From Patescibacteria group bacterium (GTDB lineage: Bacteria > Patescibacteriota > Microgenomatia > UBA8517): a DNA stretch of 64,000 nt. Below, piece by piece: positions 48,500 to 56,679 of this stretch. A program made the position numbers and the translations under genes. The notes beneath the pieces are model-generated. The model saw only the letters and a list, made by a program, of their open reading frames with translations. It did not search any database and had not been told where the DNA came from. The number at the start of each line of letters is the position of its first letter. Within the stretch, counting starts at the first letter, position 1. The stretch spans positions 127,508-191,507 of the forward strand of contig DAITMO010000001.1 of assembly GCA_036835125.1 (NCBI GenBank). The letters are read 5' to 3'.

Positions 48500-48868
48500 T
48501 TAGATAGTTGAACGCAACCACCCCCCTAACATACGTCCAATTTCGTCAAGTTTTTCTTGAAGATAAATATATTTATTAATATTAATTATTTTTGTGTCTT
48601 TTGCCAATCTAACCAAAATTTTTAGCATATTAAGTTTGTGACTAGTATTCTCCAATATTTCCAATTTTTTGATTTTGGAAGAAGAAGTTGTTGTCAAAAT
48701 TCCCTCTAAAATTTCTAAAGTTGTATTTTCTACCCTTTGCCAAATGGTACAACGGTCTTGTTTTGGAATCGAATTTCTAAGTTTGTGAATTTCTTTATAC
48801 ACTTCATATGTTTGTATAAAAATGGGTGTGTCAAAAAATTCCGACATAATATGAAAATTTATCTTCAA
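48500..48868 (-). CDS. avd: four-helix-bundle protein (Avd-like accessory variability determinant, TIGR02436 / 23S rRNA IVS protein family)
   Basis: 122 aa. FIQTYEVYKEIHKLRNSIPKQDRCTIWQRVENTTLEILEGI fits the four-helix-bundle family that accompanies DGR RTs. It sits between the TR and the RT on the opposite strand. Confidence 0.65.
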   Translation of the reverse strand: MKINFHIMSEFFDTPIFIQTYEVYKEIHKLRNSIPKQDRCTIWQRVENTTLEILEGILTTTSSSKIKKLEILENTSHKLNMLKILVRLAKDTKIININKYIYLQEKLDEIGRMLGGWLRSTI

Positions 48869-48891
48869 AAAGAAAATTTTCTGACAAATTC

Positions 48892-49860
48892 ATGAAAATT
48901 TATAGAAATGTCTTTGAGAAAATAGTTACTTTGGAAAACCTACTTAATGCTTGGAAAGACTTCAGTCATGATAAACGAAAGAAAAAAGATGTTCAAGGGT
49001 TTGAAATTAAACTTGAAGAAAATATTTTTGAGCTTTATAGAGAATTGAAGGCTGGAAATTATAAACATAGCTCATATAAACCTTTTTATATTCAAGACCC
49101 AAAACAGAGACTGATTCATAAAGCAAGTGTTCGAGATAGAATCGTTCATCATGCGATTTATTCAATTCTAAATCCCATTTTTGAATCTATGTTTATTGCA
49201 AATTCTTTTTCCTGCAGAGTTGGAAAAGGAACACATAAAGGAGTTGAAACTTTAAGAAATATGTTAAGAAAGGTTAGCAAAAACGATACTAGAAAATGTT
49301 TTGCTTTAAAGTGTGATATCAAGAAGTTTTTTGATAGCATTGACCACAAAATTTTAATGGAAATTTTATGTAAAAAAATTAAAGACAATAATGTTAGTGG
49401 GCTGCTATCCGAAATTGTTGAAAGTTACCACCCAAAAGGAATGGGAATTCCTATTGGCAATTTAACTTCACAGATTTTTGCAAACATTTATCTAAATGAA
49501 TTTGACCAGTTTATAAAACATAAGCTAAAAGTAAAAAATTATATTCGTTATACAGATGACTTTATTATAGTTAGCAATAACAAAAATTATTTAGAGAGTT
49601 TGATTTATCCGATAGATAATTTTTTAAAATTGAATCTTAAATTATTTCTCCATCCTCAGAAAACTTTGGTTAGAAAATATTCTCAAGGGATAGATTTTTT
49701 GGGATATGTAATTTTCCCACATTATTTAGTATTAAGAACAAAAACAAAGAAAAGGGTTTTCCAAAGGATAAATAACAAAAATCTTCCCTCATATTTAGGT
49801 GTTTTATCGCATGCGAATAGCTATGAGTTGACGAAAAGACTAATTTTCTTGGTAACTTAA
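48892..49860 (+). CDS. DGR-type reverse transcriptase
   Basis: RT motifs 1-7 are present: PKQRLIHKASVRDRIVHHA, SFSCRVGKGTHKG, KCDIKKFFDSIDH, the DGR-specific GIPIGNLTSQIFANIYLNEFD (I/LGxxxSQ), RYTDDFII (YxDD) and LHPQKT. Confidence 0.9.
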   Translation: MKIYRNVFEKIVTLENLLNAWKDFSHDKRKKKDVQGFEIKLEENIFELYRELKAGNYKHSSYKPFYIQDPKQRLIHKASVRDRIVHHAIYSILNPIFESMFIANSFSCRVGKGTHKGVETLRNMLRKVSKNDTRKCFALKCDIKKFFDSIDHKILMEILCKKIKDNNVSGLLSEIVESYHPKGMGIPIGNLTSQIFANIYLNEFDQFIKHKLKVKNYIRYTDDFIIVSNNKNYLESLIYPIDNFLKLNLKLFLHPQKTLVRKYSQGIDFLGYVIFPHYLVLRTKTKKRVFQRINNKNLPSYLGVLSHANSYELTKRLIFLVT

Positions 49861-49906
49861 ACTTGATTTTCAGGTAGGAGACGTGATAGTATCGGTCGCT
49901 AGGTAA
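49860..49906 (+). repeat. direct repeat copy B (22-bp core + alternative in-frame infB 3' end, DVIVSVAR*)
   Basis: Identical to 46887-46908 over 22 bp. The next 25 nt are about 50% identical to copy A, yet they keep the IF-2 reading frame and a stop codon. Confidence 0.8.
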
Positions 49907-49941
49907 TTAGGTTTGTAATCTGCCTCATTTTTAATATATAA

Positions 49942-50904
49942 ATGGAAAATTCTCTTTTATCTTTAATAGATTCTGCGTCTTCAGTTCTTGTTGTTTTGCC
50001 AAATAAACCCTATTTTGATCAAGTTGCAGCTGGTCTTTCCCTTTATCTCTCGATCCATGACAGGAAAGACGTAAATATCTATTGTCCAGCCCCAATGATG
50101 GTTGGATTCAATAGACTCATAGGAATAGACAAGATCTCAGAGGAAATGGGAAAGAAAAACTTAACCATAAAATTTGCAGGATTTGATGCAGCCAACATCG
50201 ATAAAGTGGGATACGATATTGAAAATGGAGAATTCAAACTCACAGTAACTCCAAAATCAGGCTTTACCTCCCCAACAAAAGAACAAATAGTAACAGATTA
50301 TTCAGGAGTTTCAGCAGACTTAGTGATCCTTATTGGTGGAGCAAATGACAGTCACTTCCCGATTTTAGAAAATGCAGATTTGGCAAACTCAAAAATTGCA
50401 CACATTGGAACAAGAGTACTGGAAGCAAAGCGAGAAATCCTTTCCTTTGCAAAACCAGGTTCAACAACAAGTGAGTTAGTAGCAAGTATTATTAAAGACA
50501 ATAATCTTCCAGTAGATCCAGACGTTGCAACAAACTTAGTAATGGGAATTGAAGATGGAAGTAGTAACTTTAGTGGGAGCGAAGTAACTCCTGAGACTTT
50601 TGAAACATTTGCATACTTACTTAGAAATGGTGGTCAAAGAATTCCAAAAGTTAAGCTTTCCCCCGCAAGCTTCCCAGCAGGAGCAATTCCAGCCAAGCCA
50701 TACAATCAACCAGTAAGACAAGAGACTCCAAAGGTTCAACCAATAGCACAGGTAGAAGATCAAAGAGAGTCGGTAACTCCTGTTGCCCAAGTAGAAACAC
50801 AACCAAATAGACCATCGGGTGAGATGGGAATTGAAACCCCAGAAATCAATCCACCAGACGATTGGCTTCAACCAAAGATTTTTAAGGGAACTAACGTAAG
50901 CTAA
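49942..50904 (+). CDS. hypothetical protein, possibly degenerate DHH/NrnA-like, with Pro/Gln-rich C-terminal tail
   Basis: Its position after infB matches conserved infB-rbfA-DHH synteny. There is weak similarity to the DHH family N-terminus, and the canonical DHH residues are not evident. Confidence 0.3.
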   Translation: MENSLLSLIDSASSVLVVLPNKPYFDQVAAGLSLYLSIHDRKDVNIYCPAPMMVGFNRLIGIDKISEEMGKKNLTIKFAGFDAANIDKVGYDIENGEFKLTVTPKSGFTSPTKEQIVTDYSGVSADLVILIGGANDSHFPILENADLANSKIAHIGTRVLEAKREILSFAKPGSTTSELVASIIKDNNLPVDPDVATNLVMGIEDGSSNFSGSEVTPETFETFAYLLRNGGQRIPKVKLSPASFPAGAIPAKPYNQPVRQETPKVQPIAQVEDQRESVTPVAQVETQPNRPSGEMGIETPEINPPDDWLQPKIFKGTNVS

Positions 50905-51033
50905 CTTCAATAAACTTGCAAATTATCCTGTAGTTGTCCTATACTTCCCCCAGTTCTTTAAAATGTTAAGGGACCCCTCAGCTTGCGGGAAGCAAGAAAT
51001 TTCTGAGCTATAAGCTCAAGAAAGGTTTGGTGT

Positions 51034-51609
51034 GTGATGAAGTACGGTAATTTTACATTGGGTCAGATCGAAGCTGGAATCAATAAAATTGGAGGGGAAG
51101 ACAATTGGATGAAATTGCTCAAGGGAGAACTGAAAGTTGTTCCTGTTGACAAAGAATCAACTGGTAAAACTGCCAAGATATTTTATCCAAAAAGAGTTTT
51201 TCGATCTAAAAAGGGTTTGTATGTTAGTTCGAACTTCATTAACAAGATCGTAGAAGTTGCTAAGCCAACAGAGGCTGGAAGGATATTTCTAGAAGTATCT
51301 TATGTGAAACTGACAAAATCTGTTACTGGTAAAGAACTCTTGCTAGATAACATGGATCAAGTTTGGGACTCAACCATCTTTTGCTTATGGTTAAATACCA
51401 AATTGAAACAACAATCAAATGGTCAAAATGGATCTTTCCTTACCAATGGTTGTGGAAATCTTTTTCTAGTTGGAAGAATTGACATAAAGGTCTTTGTTGT
51501 CAGCGTCAGCTGGAATTCGATCCCTCGGAAGTGGTACGTCAGCGCTTGGGATCTAGGCTACGGATGGAATGCTGGTAATCGCTTCTTCTCGAAACCGATT
51601 GTTTTTTGA
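51034..51609 (+). CDS. hypothetical protein
   Basis: 191 aa with no recognised family. Its 3' end is compositionally GC-richer. Confidence 0.3.
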   Translation: MMKYGNFTLGQIEAGINKIGGEDNWMKLLKGELKVVPVDKESTGKTAKIFYPKRVFRSKKGLYVSSNFINKIVEVAKPTEAGRIFLEVSYVKLTKSVTGKELLLDNMDQVWDSTIFCLWLNTKLKQQSNGQNGSFLTNGCGNLFLVGRIDIKVFVVSVSWNSIPRKWYVSAWDLGYGWNAGNRFFSKPIVF

Positions 51610-51645
51610 GCCTTTGGCCTTTTGAAAAATTGGTGGTACAAATAA

Positions 51646-51693
51646 CCCCTGATTTGTTGTCATTATGACATTAAGATCAGGGGTTTTCTTTTG
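51646..51693 (+). terminator. rho-independent terminator
   Basis: Stem cccctgat at 51646-51653 pairs with atcagggg at 51676-51683. An inner gtcat/atgac stem is present. It is followed by TTTTCTTTT. Confidence 0.6.
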
Positions 51694-51800
51694 GTTGAAA
51701 ATTTTAACCTTTGTGTTTTAGCTTTGAATGTGGTAATATACCAAAGATGAAATCAAAGTTTATCTTGAAATAGCTTTACATTGATTCTCATGACACAAAT

Positions 51801-52070
51801 ATGGCATTAGCAAAAGACGAAAAAGTAGACGTAATTAAAAAGTTTGCCAGAGAAAAAGGCGACACAGGTTCTCCTGAAGTTCAAGTTGCTCTTCTTTCAA
51901 TGCAGATAGACAAGCTTGTTGGTCATTTAAAAGACCACAAAAAAGATGTTCACAGCCGACGCGGTCTTCTTTCTATGGTTGCAAAAAGGAGAAGACTTCT
52001 TTCATACTTAAGAAGAAGAGATGAAGAACGCTACAAGAAACTCCTCACAGAGTTGAAGATGGAGAAGTAA
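51801..52070 (+). CDS. rpsO: 30S ribosomal protein S15
   Basis: 89 aa; [38 protein letters not shown]. Confidence 0.95.
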   Translation: MALAKDEKVDVIKKFAREKGDTGSPEVQVALLSMQIDKLVGHLKDHKKDVHSRRGLLSMVAKRRRLLSYLRRRDEERYKKLLTELKMEK

Positions 52071-52100
52071 TTTTTTAAATAATATAAAAAAATATAGATA

Positions 52101-54464
52101 ATGAGTAAGAAAATAGTTGAGAAATCAATAGAATTGGGTGGTCGTACCCTCAGTTTGACCACAGGTGAATTAGCCGAACAAGCAGCTGGTGCTGTTATGG
52201 CCAGAATGGGTGACACTGTAGTTTTGGCAACAGTCGCTTCAGCTCCTCTTAAAATGGAAATGGATTATTTTCCTCTTTCTGTAGAGTATCAAGAAAAACT
52301 ATATGCAGGGGGTTTGATCAAGGGTAGTCGCTGGGTAAAGCGTGAAGGCAGGCCAACCGATGAAGAGATTCTTTGTGCAAGACTTATTGATAGGTCAATT
52401 CGTCCTCTGTTTCCAAAGACATATAAAAAAGAAGTTCAGTTGATAGTCATGGTCATGTCAGTTGACCGTGAGAATGATCCCAAAATTCTTGGAGCTTTGG
52501 CTGGAGCTGCCGCAATCCACATTTCAGGCCTTCCTTGGAAAGGACCAGTTGCTCCTCTAACAGTTGGGCTTAAGGATGGTAAATACATGATTAACCCAGT
52601 TGCAGCTGATCTCGAAGCTTCAAGTATGGATTTGACAGTTTCTGCAACAAAAGAAGCAGTACTCATGGTTGAGGCAGGAGCAAAAGAAGTAACAGAGGAT
52701 GAAATTGCAAAAGGAATTGAGTTTGCACAAAAAGAAAGTAAAGCAGTTCTTAAATTCATGGAAGAGTTTGCAGAGGAAGTTGGAACAGAACGTGAGACTT
52801 ATAAAGAAGAAAAACCAAGTGCAGAGCTTGAAAGGGAAGTAAAGAAATTGGTTGGAGATAAAATGGCAAGTCTTGTTAAAAATATGGCCAACCATGAAGG
52901 TCCTAGCGGTGAATATTCAGAGTTTATTGAAGCTATTAAAGCTCAGTTTGAGAAAGATGAAGACAAAAAATTTGTTCTTGAGATAGTTGATCATATGAAG
53001 AAGGATTTCATAAGAGAACAGATTTTGAAGAAAGGTATAAGGCCTGATGGAAGGAAACTTACTGAACTTAGGAAACTTACTGCAAAGGTAGGAATTTTAC
53101 CAAGGACTCATGGAAGTGGATTATTCTCTCGTGGACAGACCCAGGTCCTTTCTATAGCCACTCTTGGGGCAGGTTCTTTAGGACAGCTTTTAGAAACTGC
53201 AGAAGGAGAAGAAGAAAAGCGCTACATGCATCACTATTCTATGCCTCCTTATTCAACAGGAGAGACTGGGAGAGTTGGATCTCCCAATAGACGCGAAATA
53301 GGTCATGGTGCACTTGCAGAGCGTGCTCTTCTTCCAGTTATTCCTTCTCAGGAAGATTTCCCATATGCAATTCGCATAGTATCTGAAGTAATGAGTAGTA
53401 ACGGCTCAACATCTCAAGCTTCAGTTGTTGGTTCTACACTTGCTTTGATGGATGCAGGTGTTCCAATAAAAGCGCCTGTTGCAGGAATTGCCATGGGACT
53501 CATTATTGAAGACGAGAAAAACTTTGCAGTCTTAAGCGACATCATGGGAATTGAAGACTTTAATGGGGACATGGACTTTAAGGTTGCAGGAACAGATAAA
53601 GGAATTACAGCTCTTCAGCTTGATGTTAAAACTCTTAATTTAACCTCAGAAATCTTAGCTAAAGCTCTTGCTCAGGCAAAAGATGCCAGAAACGAAATAA
53701 TGAAGTCGATCCTTTCTGCAATCAAAGAACCAAGAAAAGAAGTTTCTGCATTTGCCCCAAAAATCAAAGTTGTAAAAATTCCGGTTGATAAAATTGGAGA
53801 ATTTATAGGTCCAAGCGGAAAGAATATCAAAAAGCTCATGGCAGATACTGACACACAGATTGATGTGAACGATGATGGGATGGTTAGTGTTTCAGGAATT
53901 GAGCCTGAGAAAATGGAGAAAGCAATTGCCTGGGTTGAAGGATTTTCAAAAGTAGTTGCCGCAGGTGAAATATATGAAGGAGAAGTAGTTCGCCTAATGT
54001 CTTTTGGAGCATTTGTAAATATCCTACCTGGAAAAGACGGAATGGTTCATGTAACAGACATGGGGCAAGAAGGTTTTGTTAAAGATGCAGGAGATGTTGT
54101 TCAAATAGGTCAAAAAGTACAAGTTAGAGTTAAAGAGGTTGATGACCAAGGAAGAATCAACCTTTCAATGAACATGGATCCTTCAAAAGATAAACCAAGA
54201 GAAGAAAGGCCACGTAGCGGCGGATTTGGAAGAGGTGGAGATAGAAATGGACACGGAAGTTTTGGTGGAGATAGACGTGGAGGATTCAGTAGAGGAGGAA
54301 GAACAGGTGGATACCAAAGAGGTGCAGATAGAGGATTTGCAGGAAGTCGTGGTGGAAGTTTTTCAGGTGGAAATCGTAATGGTTTTGATAAACCTGATCG
54401 TGGGACTTCTGGTGGACCCCATTTTCCAACCAGTAGACTTATGGGTGACAAGAAAGATTACTAA
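52101..54464 (+). CDS. pnp: polyribonucleotide nucleotidyltransferase (PNPase) with C-terminal RGG/Gly-Arg-rich extension
   Basis: Two RNase PH domains plus KH and S1 domains. An about 90-aa tail is rich in GGFGRGG/RGG repeats. Confidence 0.95.
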   Translation: MSKKIVEKSIELGGRTLSLTTGELAEQAAGAVMARMGDTVVLATVASAPLKMEMDYFPLSVEYQEKLYAGGLIKGSRWVKREGRPTDEEILCARLIDRSIRPLFPKTYKKEVQLIVMVMSVDRENDPKILGALAGAAAIHISGLPWKGPVAPLTVGLKDGKYMINPVAADLEASSMDLTVSATKEAVLMVEAGAKEVTEDEIAKGIEFAQKESKAVLKFMEEFAEEVGTERETYKEEKPSAELEREVKKLVGDKMASLVKNMANHEGPSGEYSEFIEAIKAQFEKDEDKKFVLEIVDHMKKDFIREQILKKGIRPDGRKLTELRKLTAKVGILPRTHGSGLFSRGQTQVLSIATLGAGSLGQLLETAEGEEEKRYMHHYSMPPYSTGETGRVGSPNRREIGHGALAERALLPVIPSQEDFPYAIRIVSEVMSSNGSTSQASVVGSTLALMDAGVPIKAPVAGIAMGLIIEDEKNFAVLSDIMGIEDFNGDMDFKVAGTDKGITALQLDVKTLNLTSEILAKALAQAKDARNEIMKSILSAIKEPRKEVSAFAPKIKVVKIPVDKIGEFIGPSGKNIKKLMADTDTQIDVNDDGMVSVSGIEPEKMEKAIAWVEGFSKVVAAGEIYEGEVVRLMSFGAFVNILPGKDGMVHVTDMGQEGFVKDAGDVVQIGQKVQVRVKEVDDQGRINLSMNMDPSKDKPREERPRSGGFGRGGDRNGHGSFGGDRRGGFSRGGRTGGYQRGADRGFAGSRGGSFSGGNRNGFDKPDRGTSGGPHFPTSRLMGDKKDY

Positions 54465-54488
54465 GTTTTTGGTTTATAATTCATTAGC

Positions 54489-55118
54489 ATGAAAAGTAAA
54501 GGTATTCTTCTGTTTGATATTGATAGAACAATTCTTGATACAACTAAACTCTCTAGCTATTTTGAATCTGGTCTCAAAGAAGTTTTTAAGAATTCTTCAT
54601 TAGAAGAAATAAAGGCAGCAAAAAACGATTATACATTTTCACTGTCTGATAAAATAGAATTTGACCCTGAAAATTTTGCAACATTTTTATGTAAAAGTTT
54701 AGATTTTAACGATAAAAATAAAATCTTGGAGATATATTATGGTCAAAAATTTAGGAATTGGTATAAAAACTCAGTTTTTAATGAGACATACGAGGTTATA
54801 GAAAAATTAAAGGACAAATATAGATTAGGTATTTATTCTGAAGGAACAAAAAGATTCCAAAACTATAAATTTGATTCAATGGGAATATCTGACCTTTTGG
54901 ATAAAAACCTGATCTTTATTTTTGACCATAAAACAAACCCTAAGTCTATTTCTAAAATTCCAAAAGAGGCAATTGTCGTTGATGATAAAGAAAGTGTATG
55001 TGAGTATTTGGTTGGTAATAAATTTAAGGTTATTTGGCTAAATAAATTAGATATAAGAAAAAGTACGAAGTTCAAAACAATTCATAGCCTCTTAGAACTT
55101 CCAGGAATACTGCTATAA
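54489..55118 (+). CDS. HAD superfamily hydrolase
   Basis: Motif I is LLFDIDRTILDT (DxDxT). Overall size and pattern fit HAD phosphatases. Confidence 0.55.
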   Translation: MKSKGILLFDIDRTILDTTKLSSYFESGLKEVFKNSSLEEIKAAKNDYTFSLSDKIEFDPENFATFLCKSLDFNDKNKILEIYYGQKFRNWYKNSVFNETYEVIEKLKDKYRLGIYSEGTKRFQNYKFDSMGISDLLDKNLIFIFDHKTNPKSISKIPKEAIVVDDKESVCEYLVGNKFKVIWLNKLDIRKSTKFKTIHSLLELPGILL

Positions 55119-55125
55119 TTAACTT

Positions 55126-56172
55126 ATGGATTCAGCTGCTCAAGAGATAACTGCCTTAATTGAAAAAGTAAAAGCTGTAAGTTTACCAGACAAACTTAGA
55201 GATCTTGTATTGGTTCGTTTAAATCAGCTTGCAAAACTAACTAATTCCCCTTCATTTTTGCCAGAATTTGACAGGATGGAGAAATATATTGATTGGATTA
55301 CAACTCTTCCTTGGAATAAAAGAACGCAGGACACACTAGACTTAAATAACGCAAAAGCAATTTTGGAAAAACACCATTATGGTTTAACTGACATCAAAAC
55401 TCGTGTTTTGGAATACATGAGTGTGATGAAATTAAAACAAGAAAAAGGAGAAGCTGCAGATGTCTATCGTGCTCCAATTCTTTGTTTTGTAGGTTTGGTA
55501 GGTACAGGAAAAACCACAATTGCATATTCTATAGCTGAAGCTTTGGGTCGCCCCATCGCCCGTGTTCCTTTTGGTGGAATGGGAGATCCATTGGACCTTA
55601 GGGGTCAAAGCAGAATGCATGCAGAGGCAGAACCAGGGAAAATTATTAAAGCCTTAAGAGATGTTCAAAGTAAAAATCCAGTTATACTTCTTGATGAAAT
55701 TGATAGGGTAACAGACCAGGGAAGGGCTTCCATAATGGGAGTTTTGGTTGAGCTTTTGGATCCCAAACAAAATTATGCATTTATAGATCACTATATAGAT
55801 TTTCCGTTTGATCTTTCAGAAACTTTATTTATTGCAACAGCGAATAACACAACAAACATAGCAACAGCTGTTATGGATAGACTTGAACCAATTTCAATGC
55901 CAAGCTATACCGATCAAGAAAAAATTGCTATTGCACAAAAATATGTTATTCCAGGAGCTATTAAAGCAGCAGGTCTTCCACAAGGGGCGTTAACAGTTGA
56001 TGAAGACGTTTGGGCCAACATTGTACGTCCTCTTGGATATGATGCAGGAATCCGTACACTGGAAAGGAACATTGAAGGAATTGTAAGAAAAGTAGCGAGA
56101 CTTATTGTCGAAGGACAAGCACAAAATGTGCATATAACCTCTACTAATATAAAAGAATTTCTGCCTCAATAA
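55126..56172 (+). CDS. Lon-like AAA+ ATPase module (no LAN and no S16 protease domain)
   Basis: Collinear with the Lon linker helix plus AAA+ domain: YIDWITTLPWNKRT, HYGLTDIKTRVLEYM, Walker A CFVGLVGTGKTT, Walker B VILLDEIDRV, sensor-1 FIATAN, Arg finger GIRTLER. The ORF ends exactly at the Lon AAA/protease boundary. Confidence 0.7.
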   Translation: MDSAAQEITALIEKVKAVSLPDKLRDLVLVRLNQLAKLTNSPSFLPEFDRMEKYIDWITTLPWNKRTQDTLDLNNAKAILEKHHYGLTDIKTRVLEYMSVMKLKQEKGEAADVYRAPILCFVGLVGTGKTTIAYSIAEALGRPIARVPFGGMGDPLDLRGQSRMHAEAEPGKIIKALRDVQSKNPVILLDEIDRVTDQGRASIMGVLVELLDPKQNYAFIDHYIDFPFDLSETLFIATANNTTNIATAVMDRLEPISMPSYTDQEKIAIAQKYVIPGAIKAAGLPQGALTVDEDVWANIVRPLGYDAGIRTLERNIEGIVRKVARLIVEGQAQNVHITSTNIKEFLPQ

Positions 56173-56199
56173 TGTAGAATAGGTTAATCTCTAAGTTTT

Positions 56200-56679
56200 A
56201 TGAAAATTCTAATAATAGGTGACTCTCACGGACACATTGCCAATTTAAAGCATGTTGTTGGTTTTGCAAACAAATTTAAAATTGATGCAATAATCCACGC
56301 AGGAGATTGGGACACGTCGACTTCCATTGAGGTTGTAAGACTTTCAAAAATTCCCCTTTATACAGTCTTGGGAAATGCGGATGTAGATAGTGAGCTTATT
56401 AAAGACATGAGAAAAAAAGCTAAAAAATTTGGAGAAGAATATTTAGTTATCAATATTGGTGGGAGAAATATTGGAATAACCCACAAACCGTCAGATAACA
56501 GAAAATACTTTGGAGAGATGAAATTGGATCTTATTGTGAATGGTCATTATCATTCCCCTTATGAAAGTGTCGAAACACCAATTAAAATGATTCGCCCAGG
56601 TGCTCTCATTAAAGGAATTTATTTTGCAGTATATGATACGATCAAAAACAAAGTAGAATTCATTGGAGAAAATGAGTAA
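56200..56679 (+). CDS. metallophosphoesterase (YfcE/MJ0936-like)
   Basis: MKILIIGDSHGH ... IIHAGDW ... GNAD ... GHYH are calcineurin-like phosphoesterase motifs. Confidence 0.7.
   Translation: MKILIIGDSHGHIANLKHVVGFANKFKIDAIIHAGDWDTSTSIEVVRLSKIPLYTVLGNADVDSELIKDMRKKAKKFGEEYLVINIGGRNIGITHKPSDNRKYFGEMKLDLIVNGHYHSPYESVETPIKMIRPGALIKGIYFAVYDTIKNKVEFIGENE

Noticed and set aside
46934-49860. Search for an integrase or recombinase inside the inserted cassette
   Set aside because: Only the target, avd-like and RT genes are present. No tyrosine or serine recombinase motifs were seen, so the mobility mechanism remains unknown.
52436-54451. Antisense ORFs within pnp (52436..52759, 52620..52895, 53672..53854, 54110..54451)
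   Set aside because: They are nested in a highly conserved PNPase coding region. 54110..54451 is the antisense of the RGG-repeat tail (Pro/Leu-rich translation).
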